Of a stretch of DNA of 41,273 nucleotides, positions 39,041-41,273 are shown piece after piece. A model generated the notes under the pieces. That model searched no databases. It saw only the letters and a program-made list of their open reading frames with translations, and had not been told where the DNA came from. The translations under genes and the position numbers were made by a program. Each line of letters opens with the position of its first letter. Position 1 is the first letter of the stretch. Origin of the DNA: an uncultured delta proteobacterium (lineage in GTDB: Bacteria; Myxococcota; Kuafuiibacteriia; Kuafuiibacteriales; Kuafuiibacteriaceae); NCBI GenBank assembly GCA_963803435.1, contig CAWDML010000016.1:1-41273 (forward strand), in the 5' to 3' direction.

Positions 39041-39758
39041 GTGCGAGCCCTCGCGGCGACCCTCCTCCTGGTATCCTGCTCCACCGCCCCGCCGCGGGGC
39101 CCCGCGATGCCGCAATCGTGCGGGCACGCCCAAGACGACGGGCACGCGACCCGCGGGACCGCGTCGGCGCGCTGGAGCTGGGAGTCTGCAGCGTCCGAGG
39201 TCGACGTCCGTTGGTGGGCGATCAGCTGCTGGTCGGCCACGACCTCGACGAGACCTCGCCCGACAACTCGCTCCGAGTCGATGTGTGCCCTGAGCCCCGC
39301 CCGACCCCTTCACCCTTCCTCCTCATCGACGTGAAGTCGGACGCCACCGCCAGCTCGACGCCATCGACGAGCGCCTGGCACGCTTCGATCTGGTGCGGCG
39401 GGGCGTGTGACGGTGATGGCGCGGGCTTTGGTAGCGCGCGCGGCCAGTGCGACGAGGGCGGCGATGGACCAGGTGGCCTGGCCAACTCGACGCGGGCGCC
39501 GATAGGAACGCCTTGCCGTGGTCGGCGGCAAGGTGATGATGACTACTGCGCGCCTGGTGGGAGGCGTGAAGCGTTCTCCCGCGGCGATGAGCGGATCAAG
39601 CTGGAGAACCTGGTGAAGAAGGCGCACAACGCGGACCGAGGATAGGTTTTCTCTGGCAGACGGGGCGAGCGACCGCGATGTGGGAGGCGGGGCGGGATGT
39701 GGGGGTCGATCTGATCAACACCGACGACCTCCCTGAGCGCAGTTTCCTACGAACGTGA
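39041..39758 (+). CDS. PI-PLC/GDPD-superfamily phosphodiesterase lipoprotein (AIM6-like), heavily frameshifted
   Basis: Lipobox LLVSC, then GHAQDD (for HAHND), ALELG..EVDV, LLVGHD, LLIDVKS, LVKKAH and terminal VDLINTDD. Confidence 0.6.
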
Positions 39759-41153
39759 TCGGTCCTCGGGACCGATCATCTTCTCCGGCTGCACGACCTC
39801 GTCGAACCTCTCCCCGGTGATCTGTCCGGATTCGACGACGGTCTCCCTGAGGGTCTTGTTCTCCTTGTACGCCTTCTTCAGAAACCTGGGCGGCCTTGTC
39901 GTAGCCGATGTGCGGGTAACGCGGTGACCAGCGCTCCAGCGACTCGTGGAGCAGCTGCTCGATCCGATCGCGCTTGGGCTCGATGCCCTCGGCGCAGTGG
40001 ATGCGGAACGAGCGGGCGGCGTCGCTCAGCAGCCGAATGACTGGAGCAGCGCGGAGATCAGGACCGGCTTGAAGACGTTGAGCTCGGAGAGCCTGCCCAT
40101 GGAGCCGGCAATAGCGATGGCGGTGTCGTTGCCGCCGTAGCCTGGCAGCTACCCATCGTGAGCGCCTCGCACTGCGTCGGGTTGACCTTGCCGGGCATGA
40201 TGGAGGAGCCGGGCTCGTTCTCGGAGATCGCAATCTCGCCAATCCCGCAGCGGGGGCCGGCGGAGAGCCAGCGGACGTCGTTCGCAATCTTCATGCAGCC
40301 GCTGGCCGCCGTCTGCTTGAGCGCGCCAGAGGCCGACGATGATTACCGGCAGCAGGTCGAACTTGTTGGGCGCGGTGACGAAGGGGACTCCGGTCGGATG
40401 GGATGCGCGTTGGCGATGGCGTCGGCGTAGCCCCTCTGAGTGTGGCCCCGGTGCCGACCGCGGTGCCACCCATCGCCAGCTCGTAGATCTCAGGCATCCG
40501 CGCACGATCGCGTCGATCAGCGTGGTCAGCTGGGAGGCCCAGCCCGAGATCTCCCTCCCAGCGAGAGCAGCATGGTGGCGGCTGAAGGTGCGTGCGGCCA
40601 ATCTTGATGATGTCCTGGTACTGCGCGCTCTTGTCGTCGAAGACCTCTGAGCAAAACAGCTCCCGGAGCGGGATAGCTTCCTCCGCCGCAATCCCGGCGG
40701 CCGCGTGCATGGCCGTGGGGAAGCTGATCGGTCGAGGAGCTGGGCGGCAGCATATGTGGTCGTTCGGGTGCACGCCCTCCTTGCTGCCGAGCGGGAGGCC
40801 GAGCATCTCGTTCGCGCGGTTGTTCGCGATCACCTCGTTCACGTTCATGTTCGTCGGGGTACCGAGCCGGTCTGCCAGACCACCAGCGGGAAGTGATCGT
40901 CGAGCTTGCCGTCGATGACCTCTTGGGCGGCCTTCTGAATGGCTCCGCCCAGCTTCTCGGGGATGCCGCCGTCGCGGAGGTTCACCTCGGCGGCAGCCTG
41001 CTTGATGACGCCGTAGGCGCGGAGGAAGACGCGGGGGAAGTGCTCGACACCGATCTTGAAGTTCTCGAGCGAGCGTTGCGTCTGCGCGCCCCAGTAGCGG
41101 TCCTCGGGGACCTCGATCTCACCGAAGCTGTCCTTCTCGATCCGCGTCTTCAC
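39747..41153 (-). CDS. fumC: class II fumarate hydratase (heavily frameshifted)
   Basis: [70 protein letters not shown] and IGYDKAA. Confidence 0.93.
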
Positions 41154-41173
41154 GAAGCCGATATCGGTGATGA

Positions 41174-41203
41174 GGCCCGCGGGGTCAAGTCGCCCCGCGG
41201 GCC
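41174..41203. other. 11-bp GC inverted repeat upstream of fumC
   Basis: GGCCCGCGGGG-tcaagtcg-CCCCGCGGGCC; function unknown. Confidence 0.35.
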
Positions 41204-41273
41204 CCCACCGCCACCGTCTATCGGCTGAAGTCCAAGGGGCAGAGGAGACTCCCCGCGAGGACGTCGAACGTCG

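Noticed and set aside
39747-41153. fumC, ino1 and secF as true pseudogenes or programmed frameshifts
   Set aside because: The indel pattern is regional and lacks slippery-site logic, so sequencing error is more parsimonious.

Overview
High-GC bacterial window. Gene content and the myxobacterial-style PEGA, FG-GAP and HEAT lipoproteins suggest Myxococcota or a related deltaproteobacterium (inference). Many genes are broken by single-base indels, densest at both window ends and at about 12.2-13.9 kb, which looks like a noisy long-read consensus rather than real pseudogenisation. The left half is mostly housekeeping: ino1, exbD/exbB-like, dnaJ, an amidohydrolase, queE-recJ-secF-secD-yajC, a vWA/MoxR pair, an epoxide-hydrolase-like gene, REC-GGDEF, GH57/DUF3536, XRE-cupin, an M23 peptidase and thrS. 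RecJ carries an in-frame 2x72-bp palindromic insertion. The standout region follows thrS (22.4-27.6 kb) and is a candidate bacterial oxylipin (fatty-acid oxygenation) module. It contains an allene-oxide-cyclase/dirigent-like lipoprotein, a highly structured leader with an anti-Shine-Dalgarno, and a ~1165-aa fusion of TPR, alpha-dioxygenase-type heme peroxidase, EF-hand and caleosin/peroxygenase-like domains with Cys-Pro motifs at both ends. A small Cys-Pro protein and a probable C-terminal-HTH protein follow. The right part holds terC, HEAT/FG-GAP/PEGA proteins, a DUF3526-type ABC system, two lipoproteins and fumC. All family calls come from motif recognition by eye; no searches were run.
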